64,000 bases of DNA from NCBI GenBank assembly GCA_964187785.1, contig OZ076415.1, positions 32,922,001 through 32,986,000 on the forward strand, read 5' to 3'. The stretch comes from Amphiscolops sp. MND2022 (lineage: Eukaryota). The notes under the pieces were generated by a model, which was given only the letters and a program-made list of their open reading frames with translations, had not been told where the DNA came from and made no database searches. Made by a program: the position numbers and the translations under genes. Below are positions 47,829 through 59,700 of the stretch, piece after piece. Numbering within the stretch: position 1 is the first letter of the stretch; each line of letters begins with the position of its first letter.

Positions 47829-50800
47829 TTAATGACTAGGGATAAAAGGCTTTGGTTTGCTGCTTTCATTGTTTGCATACTCTAGCATGGTATCCCCTCG
47901 CGAAAACTTTTTCTTTTTGCTATTGGTGCTTTTTGAGCTGATCATCCCTGGAAGTTTCTCTGGAATGACTCCGGTTAGTCTATAGTAGTCCAGGAAAGTT
48001 TTGCCGAAGTTGCGACCCAGTTTTATGTAAGACTCTTCTGTGTAGGGAATGACCTGGGAGGAGGTTGAAGTCATGAACCCGTAAAAGGACACTTCCAAGG
48101 TATAGCACAGTGCGTCCTCGTTCATTGCACCTCCTAAAAAACGCAACCAGAAAATTTTTGGTTTTAAAAAAGTTCAAGTGAAGTACAGCTCATTAGCGTA
48201 CGCGAAAATATCATCATTTTCAAAAACAAACTATATCTAAATGTTGAATTCGTTCTAACTTCAAGTGATTACCTCCTAATTTCCTAAATCAGGCTCCAAT
48301 TCATTTGAAAATTGCTGTATTTTTTCATCCTTTTTCTGGATGATTTGGTTTGCTTCGAATTCAGGACTCCTCAAATTTCACACTCTCGTAATTCTTTACG
48401 TCTTTATTACCTTTTGGCATCAAAATGAACAATTCCCTAGATTTTATTGATTTTAGTTATAGAGATCATTAAGCAGGTAATGACGACAACGTTGGCTTTG
48501 TTGGTCGCAATCACTTCTAACGTTTCAAATCAGACTGCTTGAATCATTTACCCAAAATTAACCGGCGTGAACGATGTTCATGAAGGTATGAGTTACAGTG
48601 ATGATCATTCACGCGTCAAAACAGCACCTGCTGAATGACGTAAGCAAATGATTGACGGTCGCCATTTTTCGGTAAAAAATGAAATAAGGCAAAAAATAGA
48701 CGCAGCAACAATTCGGTGAGCCACAACATCAAGTTTACCCTCTGGCCTATTCCAGCATCCAGATTTTTTTTAAGTTGCAATGTCTCACGGTTTTCAAACA
48801 GGAGAAAGGACATGGTCACTTCCTGAAAAACGCACAAAGTTTCATGGTCTTGAATGTTTTGAAGAGCATGGTCACCCCATTCAGATGATTTTATGAATGA
48901 CGTCATATTGAATGACGTACAAACTGAAATTTTCATTTTTTTAGTAATCTTACCGAGGTATCTTCGCCCGGTTCCAGCCTTGACTACATCCCTGTTGAAG
49001 TTAGTATTGGCCATGGAAAAGTCTTCGCAATTGTTGGACATGAGTCTGGGAAAAACAGCCTGCTTCTCAAACCGACTGGTATCCTCGAACACATTACCGT
49101 ACATGAATCCATTCATAAGTGTCGAATGGGCGTGTATGTCGCAATACATCTGCACGTCTATGTCTTCATTCGAATCCAGGTCTAGGAAAAAGTTTTTGGC
49201 TGCGTACAACGTCGGATGCGCCCAAGCTGAGGGGTTACCCCAATGCCGGTTGAGGTCAAACCCCATCAAAGAGGATCTGTAGTTACCCAGGTAGACCCCA
49301 TCTGGATTCAGCATCGGGATAACTTTAAAGACTATGTACTGACGTAGAATTTGGGCTTCGGGTTGGTTTGAGATTAAAAAATCAATGAGACCCTGGCAGA
49401 CAAACGATGCCGGACTTTCTCCCGGATGAACCCTGGATGTTATACCAACAACTTTCTGTCTCTTTCCCCTATCAAGGTTGTCCTCGTTTGTTATAGTTAG
49501 CAAGTCTAATCTTCGTTGTTGTACAGTGTTTGTTAAACATTCCCGTTTCACGTAGGGCAACTTCCGTTTTTCAATTGAGTCTAGGTGGGCTTGAAGTCTC
49601 GTATAGGAGTAAGGAAAGCAATAGGCGAATTGGTAAACATCTTTGTGTCTGTCAAAGCAAAAGGCAAATGACATGACGTAATTTTTGTGATGGTCTGGAC
49701 ATTTGTAGTAATAAACATTCTTGGTTGGTAGTCTCTGCCATTTGGGTCGACTAGTGCTCTTCACACAAGGAGTCATACCTTCCCGGTAAAGTGACTTGGT
49801 TTTGCTGAAGTTCACTGAAATACAGACCAGAATTTAATTTATACATTTTTATCATTTTTATACGTTAATACTATTTATACTTCAATACACTGATATTTTG
49901 GTTCACAGAACACAAATTTGATCAAACTGTTCTGATCAGCTATCAAAGGAAGCATCTGACGTTTCTCATCAAGCTTTCATAAAGCTGCAAACTGAAGTTT
50001 TTCAAAACTTGTTTTTGAAAACATTGTTCAGTGAAAGATGAAGTATTAAGCTAAACAACTAACTGGTTTTGGAAATAAAAGTCATCCATCTATCGCTATA
50101 CCGTAACTTTCTTTTCCCCTGAAAGATACCTACTTGCAGTAAACTTTTCCTCCAAGCAATAGTAATATGACTTTTCAGAAATTTTTCGCTGTTCGACCAT
50201 AATTTACTTTGGATAAATATGCTAAGCGCGCTAAAACTTTTATTTAAATCATTTATAGTATTTAAAGTATCCTCAACTCCAATACTAACCAATATTGAAA
50301 ATGACTCTCTGGCCCTCTACTGTGTTTTCCACGGTGAAGTTGAACCAGACCCTGAATTTTGGATTGCACGTGTCCGGTCTGATAAAGAGGTCATACTCGA
50401 AGTCCGAAATGTAATCCACTCTTCCGATATTGCCACTCTCGAAACAGGCGTCGAAAATGAGATGACCTCGTTTGGGTTTGCTCGAATACCCGGGAGGAAC
50501 TGCACAAAACTTATTCACGTTGCCTACTACCGGTTCTTCCGCGTTATTTTGGCCCCCTCCTCCTCCACTTCCGTCTTCGGAGCCACTTCCGGTGGAGTCT
50601 TCGTTGGCAGAGGACCTAAAAGGCGGAAAAATGTACAAAATATTTACCATTGTAAAGATCACTTTAGCATAGACGTTTTTTGCCTCAATTCTGAATCAGC
50701 TTGTATGCAAAAGCGTTCATGTGAAATTATGCTCAAGTTCTCATACTAGTTTTTATTTTCATCGGGTCACTTTTGGCTGCTTTCCTTCACCACATTGTTT

Positions 50801-51400
50801 GCAGAACAAAACTTCAATTTAATGAGCTGCAATTAAAAATGTAATTTGACCAACCCTAGAAGAAGCTTTCTCTCTACATTTTGTTATCTTCTGTATTTTG
50901 TTATTATGTCACGCAAACAGCTCACAGTTTAATAATATTCCTCAAAATTTGCACCAAATTTCAAACGGGTGCGAAAAGGAAAGAATTTCGTCTTTTAAAA
51001 TTTTTGAGTTTTGCAAAAAACTAATTTGAATTCGCAAAAAGGAAATTGAACTGGGAAATCTAAAATTATATGCTACTTGTAGATTTCACGCCAAAGTCAA
51101 CTCCTTGATGCCAAACTTTCGAGTTTTTACATAAAAAACACACACGTGTTCAACTGAAAAGGCTCAAGTAGCTTTCACGCTTCGGGTAAAATTGTTTTCT
51201 CGCAACTTTCTTTTGTAATCTACAATCTAAGAACTGTTTATTAACCTGTTTCTACTTTTGGGACGGCCATTTGCTGGATTCTGCTGATTAGCCGGAGTAT
51301 CTCCCGCCTGACCTGCATTACTGGACGCCCCAGCCTTGGCGATGTGGTTTCCGGCTCTGGATCCGGGTTTGGCCGAATTGCTGGAAGACGATGCACTCAT
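47829..51400 (-). CDS. AGBL4: Cytosolic carboxypeptidase 6 (tubulin deglutamylase, M14D), join(51400..51246,50615..50290,49814..48954,48133..47829), about 548 aa
   Basis: All three introns are GT..AG and phase-compatible (2,1,1). The protein has FDACFESGNIG, FNIVNFSKTKSLY, KSTSRPKWQRLP, RVHPGE, NPDGV, DLNR, DIHAH and CYTLEVSFY (Zn ligands and catalytic Glu), matching AGBL4/CCP6. Exon 1 is the least certain. Confidence 0.92.
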
Positions 51401-51477
51401 TTCAAATAAAAATTTTACCCTGAACTATTTTTTTCAACTCGATACCAAAGCGTTTTTATCATTTTGTTTCAAAAACG

Positions 51478-51491
51478 GTTGCCTTGATAAT
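51478..51491. promoter_or_regulatory. Candidate RFX X-box upstream of AGBL4
   Basis: GTTGCC-TT-GATAAT lies 78 bp upstream of the ATG: one perfect half-site and one imperfect. CCPs are cilia-associated genes. Confidence 0.35.
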
Positions 51492-52664
51492 AAGAAAGCG
51501 ATTAGGGATTAATATGGAAAATAATAAATAGGTAAGATTTGTTTCTATAACAGTGGCTTTTCCTGTGGTTTCCAAAAGGACAAGAAACGTTGGATTGATA
51601 TATTGTCGTTGTCTGGTGCTTATGACGGGAAGGATTGATCAATTGCCGTAACGGCTTCGAACCAGTGTTGTTGAGACCAGAGTCGACTTCACTGGCTTTC
51701 AGCTCTGACGTAACACGAGGCTATAAAAGTGAGTGATAAAGCTTTTTGCTTGACGATTCTTCTGTTATGTGTGTTTTAACTGCTGTTGGTAGAAATGTGG
51801 TATTATTATTGGTCTCAAAAGCAGCTTGCCATTTTTTCAGCAAGATGTTGAGCCTTGTGGGCGCACGTGCAATTTATTTTCACACATACCATGCGATGAT
51901 TCAACGTGCTATACTATGAAAAACAGTGATGCTGAAAATGATATGAAGTAGAGCCATGGGTAATGGTTACTTTATAGCGGCCACAGGGGATCAGCGGTTT
52001 CGGAATATCATACTTTTCTTATTGGTCAGTGGTAGCAATTTTACACCTCATGGTCCTAGAGTTATCGGTTCTTCTAAAATTCCGCCCACAGTTTCGCAAA
52101 ACGAACGTTTACGATATAGGATTGTTTGTGAAAAAATGCTTCATGAAAGTTCCTGATGCTTTATTTTAATGAGACCGCAAGAAAGTAGGACCATTTTATC
52201 TTATTTTCCACAAAGGTGAAAGGAAAGTTTGTTCAACTGAATGGCTATACAAAATTTCATGAAAGAAAAACTGCATCACAACCACTCAGTTGGGACTGCG
52301 GTCGAGTTTAATAGTTCTTCGATTCTCTGTCTTCGTGAACGAGTCAATAAAAAATACAAAGAAAAAATAGTGTCCAACATTTTTGATTAGGATTATTTGT
52401 AAAATTATCAGACTTTTCTCGATTACCCCACAAGCGTAGAAATTGTTAGAATTAGTAGCTATTCGTTTTTTGTGAAGTTTTTGTGAAGTTATGAAAACAG
52501 GAAGAAAAAGAATGTTTCACAAATTAATCAGAAATGATTTTGTGATTAATCCTTTGGGTAAATGAAACGTGCTAATGAGAGAAAATAAGCCGGGAACAGC
52601 ACAAGTCGGCGCCATATCTAAGGCTCAAAAATAGCGAAAGCATTTCAAAGCGTCAAGTACTTCC

Positions 52665-53419
52665 TTTTACAGTACCTGAAAAACCCAAAAGTTGGACCGA
52701 ATTATCGCGCCGGGGACCCTTTCGGATTCTTCAACATCTATTCTATCACAAAACATCAAAAACTTGAAGGGGACCCTTTGGAGAAAACAAATTTTTTGAA
52801 AAAAGTCTCGCAATGCAAAAAAATGAAAATGGGACCCTTTAGGCTCGCACGGTATTGTATGTTTTGCTGTAAAAAAGGAACTACCATATGATCCAATTTG
52901 ACACCTTAAAGTTTCGTAAAGCTTCGTAGAACTAATTTGACGAGGGTGGATTGATAAAAAGTCATTAGTATAGTCGCGTTTCACTTCATGAAGCGCCGAC
53001 TAAAAACACTTTTAGGATCCCAATATTAATTTTTAGTCAGCGCTTCATGAAGTGAAACGCGACCATACTACTGACTCTTCTTCTTTCAACCCACACAAAG
53101 TGACCAAAATAGTTCTAAGGCACTTTAAGATGTCAAATCGGACCAATTCGCACAAGGAACTGAAGTATAGAAGTTGTTTTAGACTCCCAGCGTAACATAC
53201 AATACCGGGCGAGACTAGAGACTAAAGAGTCCCCTTTCATTTTTTTGTCATTGTGAGATTTTTTTCCCGGAACTTTTATTCTCCAGAGGGTTCTTCCTCA
53301 TTTTTTGATGTTTTGTGACAGAATGGATTTTGAAAAATCCTAAACGTTCCCCTTTTATTGCGCCAGAGGCCCAGTTGTGTCCAGTTGTTGGGTTTTTCAG
53401 GTACTGGGATACTGTAAAA
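52665..53419. mobile_element. Head-to-head pair of Helentron-type non-autonomous elements forming a large imperfect inverted repeat
   Basis: ...AGTCGCGTTTCACTTCATGAAGCGCCGACTAAAAA (to 53006) faces TTTTTAGTCAGCGCTTCATGAAGTGAAACGCGACC (from 53030). The outer ends also mirror each other: TTTTACAGTACCTGAAAAACCCAA vs TTGGGTTTTTCAGGTACTG...TAAAA. Confidence 0.8.
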
Positions 53420-54099
53420 TATTTTACAGTTAGAAGTCGTTTTGCTACTTTCGATCCTTAGATATGGCGCCAACTTATGCCGTTCCCGGCTTGCGTAACT
53501 ATGTAAAGACTAACTTTTTGTCAATTGTTCCACTTGACCGGTATAAGATTATGATGTCTTCAGCAACTGAACTATTTGCAACGTGTATCAAATGTATCAT
53601 AGTCTGTTTTTCGTTTTGCAACAGTTCAACAAAAAGTAGTATCTATCAATCTCTTCAGGAATGCCTTGCAGGAAAAATGTGTTTCATGCTGAAACTATTG
53701 AAGAGCAGATCCCAGTGAAGATTATGTTTCAATAGTTCTAATACGTAAAAAAAATCAAACTGAATGTGAATTTTTTATTTGCAAGTTATTAGTATGTTGT
53801 ATGATAGCAATTTCTCAAAAGGCGCACATACAGACTTTTCAAGCATTTCAGAGTCTTTTTTGCTGCAGCGTTATGAGCGTTGGAGTTTTTAGACTTTGGC
53901 GTTTTCTCAAAAACCCAATTGTTTTCGAGCAAAGCCCAGAAGATAGACAGAAAGATGTTTCTCAGTCCGTTTCTAGACTATCGGATTAGCAAACGCAGCT
54001 AAACAGACTTTAGCGTTTTTCAATAATGCTCAATTGGCAAACCTGGTGTTGTTCGTAGTAGACGATACTTCTGACCACAAAATTACGATTTAGAGTTGA

Positions 54100-54620
54100 C
54101 GTCAGCAATGTAATTCTTTGAATCGGTTAAGACTGAGTTGATCGCCGAGAGCAAACTTTACTACTGGTTCACAAATTTTGTAAGAAAAAGGTATACGCCC
54201 AAGATACCACTCCCTTTTTTTAAGAAGCCTTCATATGAACGCGCTGAAATTTGGCCAGCAAATACTAGAGGTGTTAATTCAATTTTCGACTGGGAAGACA
54301 CGACCTCGTATCCCGAGCAAACATTACCGGAAGCGACGGGGGGACGCAATGATGATGCCTCGGAAGTAGTCGCTTCGAGCTTGGAATGGATGCACGCTTG
54401 GAATGGAACTGCACGCCATTCCGAACCTCTACGATGCGCGTACGGGGAGCACTGACCCTATGTAAACAAACTCTGAATGTAATGTAAATCTCTACCAGTT
54501 GATCCAATGATCCCGATACTTGCCCAACATACCCTTTTATGAACCCTGAATAAAATACAATAAAAGTACATTATCCAGTCCATTGCGCGTCTTAAGGTAC
54601 GCGGGACCGGATGCGCGACA
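54100..54620 (+). mobile_element. Possible LTR retrotransposon 3' remnant (ORF end plus short TGT..ACA LTR at 54461-54620)
   Basis: The ORF ends at 54455, followed by a purine run, then TGTAAAC...AATAAA...GCGCGACA. Weak. Confidence 0.3.
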
Positions 54621-55499
54621 TCGGCAGAAAGAGGTATTCAACCTTTGCTTGCAAACGAACCGCAAAACTGAAAGTAGTCGATTGCTAGTGTGAATTGAAC
54701 TGTAATTGGGACATATTCGGGCAAACGGCTTCATGCAAACAAACCATGCGCATATCATTTAACCCGGAAACGAATAACCATAATACCCTACAAGCGGGTG
54801 TATATGAACGGTAGAACACACTCAGAAGGACGGGAAATTACCAACGAGTTTCTTAGGAAGCATGTAAACTATGTAATTGAAGGTCATTTATTGAATACGA
54901 TCTTCGGATAAATTGCTGAGCTATTTGTCATCGGCAACGAATGTCGAGTCGAAGTATAACTGGAGGAAATTGCGATGCCAATAAAGGAGATGTAAACAAA
55001 GAAGTTACCACACGCGAAGTTGACATGCCGACGCCTGGTACTGTAAACGTTGTAATGATCAACTATCGTTGACAAGCAAACTGTGTTTATTTCTGAAAAA
55101 TTCGTTCAAGGACAAATCAGGAAACTGGAATTTGGCAATTTCAAGCATATTCCGCTAAAAGACTCGGTGTCTCTGAAAAAGACCTGCCAGCCATATTTAA
55201 AAGGCCCAGAACAACACAGAAAAAAAAGAGAGCCGCAAAAAATAGAAAAAAGACCGCGTATTGAGAAGGTATAGAAACGAACTCGAACTCGGTAATAATA
55301 CAGACTCCTTTCACCGTCACTTTCATTAGCATGTTGCTAGTAATTGTTACAAATATTAAAATGCGTCTCATAATTGCTCATTCAAGCATTCGTGCTTTTG
55401 CCCCTTTAAGCGTCATCTTGCCATGTGATTTGTGCAGTCACGGTGAAATACCGATTTAAATAAATATTTAGCTCGTGAGCTACTATTTTCACCATAATC

Positions 55500-56550
55500 T
55501 TACATGAGAAATCATCTTTACTACCACCTCAGTTTTAAAAAATTGTCTGAGTGATAATTTTGACGAAAAAGCGTAATTCGCACAATGGATAGCAGTTACA
55601 GACCGGAAAAGGACAGCAAGCGCACCACACGAGGCGGAATCTTCCTCTGACAGGACAACTTCTACCCGAAGGAGGCAAAATGGATCTATGGCAATGGGCG
55701 CAAACACCCATGCCCGGGCAGACACCCATGCCGTAGGTTCCTCCGGCTCTATGGCGCAATGACGAGATGGTGAGAGCTTGTCGTTATACGGAGACAACCT
55801 TTTTATGGCGACCAGAGAATGATCGACTCGGAGTACTTCCCTTAACGGTTTTAAAACAGCTGACTGTCTGGAGAAACACCTACATGAGCGCAAGATCTCT
55901 CAGTGCTATCCACACGCTCGTAGAAAACAAGCAACAGTAGCTCAGGATCCTTACGTATTGGTAGAAAAAACGTTTTGAAACTCAAAGTTGCCACCTGGAG
56001 CGTTTTGTGCCTTTTTTGTGAGAAAATCCCGTTTCTGTGAAAATCGACTTGAGTCTGGCAAGAAACAACATTAAGGAGAGGTTTCTCAGATTCATGAACA
56101 ACCACAAAAACGTTACGACTAGTTTGGGCCACACTTCAAGGCACGAGAACGCTATAAATTTCGCACTTTTGATTAGTTCAACTAAATCTGTAAGTTGGAG
56201 CCCACTTCAGGGTGCCCAGGAGTAAAACGTTTTCAGTTACTACATAAAATTGACCACTATTACGCGAAAGCTGCGTCAAAAAGTTCCTTTTATGTGTTGA
56301 GAAAACTCACAAAACGCACTGAAAACATTCGAATCTTTAACAAACCAGAGTGTCCCCACGTAAAGACAGGGTCACCTACATAGCGACACTATCTGAAAAA
56401 CGGTTGGTTCAGCACAACTGTCACCGAAAAAAAAACGTCCGACCACGAAGTTTGGTGTACGTACCGTCCACCAAGCCAAAACAGTTCTTTGACATTTTGA
56501 CCCTGTATCCTTATCTTTCAGGTGGTACTTTCGGTGCTTTTCCGATAACC
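55500..56550 (+). mobile_element. RTE-like LINE 5' remnant (AP endonuclease N-terminus)
   Basis: LKVATWSVLCL (ATWNV motif) near 55980, followed by LARNNIK and HENAINFAL. Decayed. Confidence 0.5.
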
Positions 56551-56718
56551 TAGAGAATCTCCTAAGCTTCTTCTAAACCTTTGAATTAGCATTGTGAAAA
56601 CCTGGTATTGCAAAAAAAGTTAACCCCGAAAAGGTCATTCTAAACTTTCTTTTGAACTTACCTCAGATGATGATTTTTGTTTAAAACCTTGAGATACGTT
56701 CATTGATCCAAAAAGTTT

Positions 56719-59700
56719 TGTCACGTCCTTTTTTCTAGCTTCCTGTGTCCAACCGTACGTTATTCAACAGTGAAGCGAGATTGCTAGCTGTACCCTGTGT
56801 AAAAAGTCTTTGTCGAAAACGTGCATACCCTATTCCATAAAGTATACGGAGATACCGCATGTCTGATTGACAACGAAATCTGATGTAACCCTCAAATCAC
56901 AAATTTTATTGTTGCATCGCATCTTTCGCATAGTGAGGGACCACGTGGCCGAATTTCGAGCGTTTCCGACACCTCAACGTCGAGAACGAGGCGCTTAGAC
57001 GTTTTTCAGAAAAATTTTGAAAACGCAAAAAAAACGTTCGAAAACCCTCTCACACTTTATTCATTGACGCCCAACCCCAAGCGACCGCAACTTCAAGCGT
57101 ATCCGTACCAACACGCTGTGCAAAATTCGTTACGCTACGACCACTAGATCAAAAATCGACCTTTTCGAGACGTACTAAAGTGTCCATATTGGTACTCTCA
57201 TCACCGTGTGGGAATCAATAACAGAAAAATTAAGCAAGAGTCGTACCTGGTTGTTTCCTACCAATTCTCAAGGGGGGAGGGGGACAACGACAAAGCAATC
57301 CAGCGAACTAACAAAACCTGAACGAACCAGAGCAGATGTCAGTATATCTTCTGACTATACCTCTGACCCCAGGGAGGAGGACTGGGCAACAGATGACAGT
57401 TTTAAAATCGCTCGCGGTTTTTCAGACCCAATGTCAGACAACTTATCTGAAGAATATCAGACAAGAGAGGCAGCGAGGGCCACCTGAACGGTTGAAGAAT
57501 CATCCGATAAGGAAGAAATCCAAACTCATACGTCGAAGTAATTACAAGAAAAACCCCGCATTTTGACTCCTTCCGAAGCTGACAACTCTAGGCCGTGGCC
57601 TAACTCCAAAAGAACCAAAGGAGACTGAAGACGCAGAGAGAACAGGTTGCTCAAACAAAGCGCACCGAAGGCTACAAGTATGGCCAGTGACATCACAGCG
57701 AACACATTGCAAGAAATTACCTATGTGGGAGAAATGAACTACGCCAGAACGCGTCTTCTGGACAACAGGTTCTACGACTTCCGGATAACGAAAGAAAGTA
57801 AGGCCTCCAACCATACTGGCACAAACAGCAACAATAGTACATCATGGTACGTCACGTTCTGCATCATCCTTAATCCAAAGCAACGTCGGGACGACCTTCC
57901 GCATTCAGAGCAGTACATGAAGCAGCTGTGGCCCGCATATCTTCGCTAGAAGTGCGATTAGAAGCAGAACGAACTAATGCTCACTTGTCCGAGGACAAAG
58001 CAGAGCTTGATCGTGAACATCAAGCTATCTTAGAAGAGATTGAGGCTGTGCAAAATGAACTGCGACTATCAGATCGCATCTGTCAGATCTATCTGATAGA
58101 CATGCACAAGGGCAAGACGGGCAAGCCGCCCAGATGAACGCCATGGGTCACCACATCGTCGAAGTGAAAAACCTGCTGATACAACGTGAGCTTCATATGG
58201 AGCCTCAACTGCAAAAGACGAGTTCACAAATTCAAACAATTGGAGCAGTATTGAAAAACATAGCCTCAGAGCGAGAACTATATCCCTACGAACTCAATAC
58301 AAGGCACAAACGATCCACCATTCAAACATCTGACGGAAAACGTAACTCTCAAATCAAGAAAATTATCAACAACCCAAATAGACACCTCAACATCGAACAT
58401 ACTTCCACCTGAGCACAAACAATAAAACCTCCAATGGAATACGTATTTCCACCATGATAAACACAAACCCATCCCCAGCCGCCTTTTGCAAAAAGGGTTC
58501 CGCCAATGATCCCGTAACCATTGAAACTTCCAGTATGGGGATTACTGATTTGAGGACACTGCTCTCTACCAATCCCACAGCCCAGATGTCTACCACGTTT
58601 CAATCTGCCAATGCGACATTGGCAGAATTGACTGAAGAATTCCACACCGCGAATGATGGATTACCCCCGGTCAATCCGTGCGCCAGTAGTACCAGACGAA
58701 AAGAAGTACTAACCAATGGTACGTCCGATGAACCCATTAAATCCACGAGAGGCCGCAGCTTCAGCCCGCCTGCTGCAAATGAGGAAATACCAAGAACTAG
58801 CCTGTAGCTGAGCACCATTGATAGCCGGTAGAGATCAGACCCGAACCAGACCTAGAGTATACAAGGGCACGAAAGATGGCACTGTAGATGGATGGCTGCT
58901 TCTAGTGAAACATTTTATGAGCGTGTGCCCGCAAAGTCTACACAAAAAGACAAAGCATGGGCCATAATCGACAACTTGAAAGGTGAAGCGAGAAATTACA
59001 TCATCAATAAATCTGAACCAGAACGGAATGATCCAGAAAAAGTTTTCACCCTCATAGCTAGTAGAATTGGAACCAGCGGCAGAAAGATGCACATCAGACA
59101 AAATTTCATGTCACTTGTCCAATAAGAGAAAGAAGATAGGATGCAATATGGATGCTCTTGAGGACCTAATAGCCCAAAGGTTCCCAGAAGAGCCCATCAG
59201 TACTGAACGGTTTGAAACCCTGCAACGTTCTACCGACGGTGTTCGTGGTCCCATATTACGTAAAGAGTTAGCCGTAGTATATGCAGTGGAAAGCTAGCTG
59301 ATTGAACCACCCACTGTAGAATGTTTGCGATTCACTAGGCGCCAATTACAAAGGCATCAACCCTCAACTACCAATCTTTATGATCCCAGGTATGCTATAA
59401 TGTCACGACCTCACCCTTTTCTGCCCGGGAAGTTGGTGGTCCATACCGCACCTGGAATACCGCAAAATTTTCTACCACCTACTCCGGTGCAACAAAACAC
59501 GAAGACAATTGTACCCCAACCCAACGCACCTTCCATGAATCAGGTACCACTGCAACCAATGCGAGCCCCCCAGGGTGCATGCTCCAACTGTGGCCAACCT
59601 GGTCATTTCGCCAGAGAGTATCCGGCTAGGGATCAAGCCAGCAAACCACTAGCTGGTGCAGCCCTTGATGATCAAATAAATTATTACGAGGACACCGTAG

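Noticed and set aside
48616-48953. C-terminal ~110 aa of the 399-aa ORF as real protein
   Set aside because: This is read-through into intron 3. Homology resumes at 48133 (GGAMNEDALCYTLEVSF) after a strong GTAAGA donor.
50219-50749. 176-aa plus-strand ORF
   Set aside because: It is antisense to AGBL4 exon 2; a shadow ORF.
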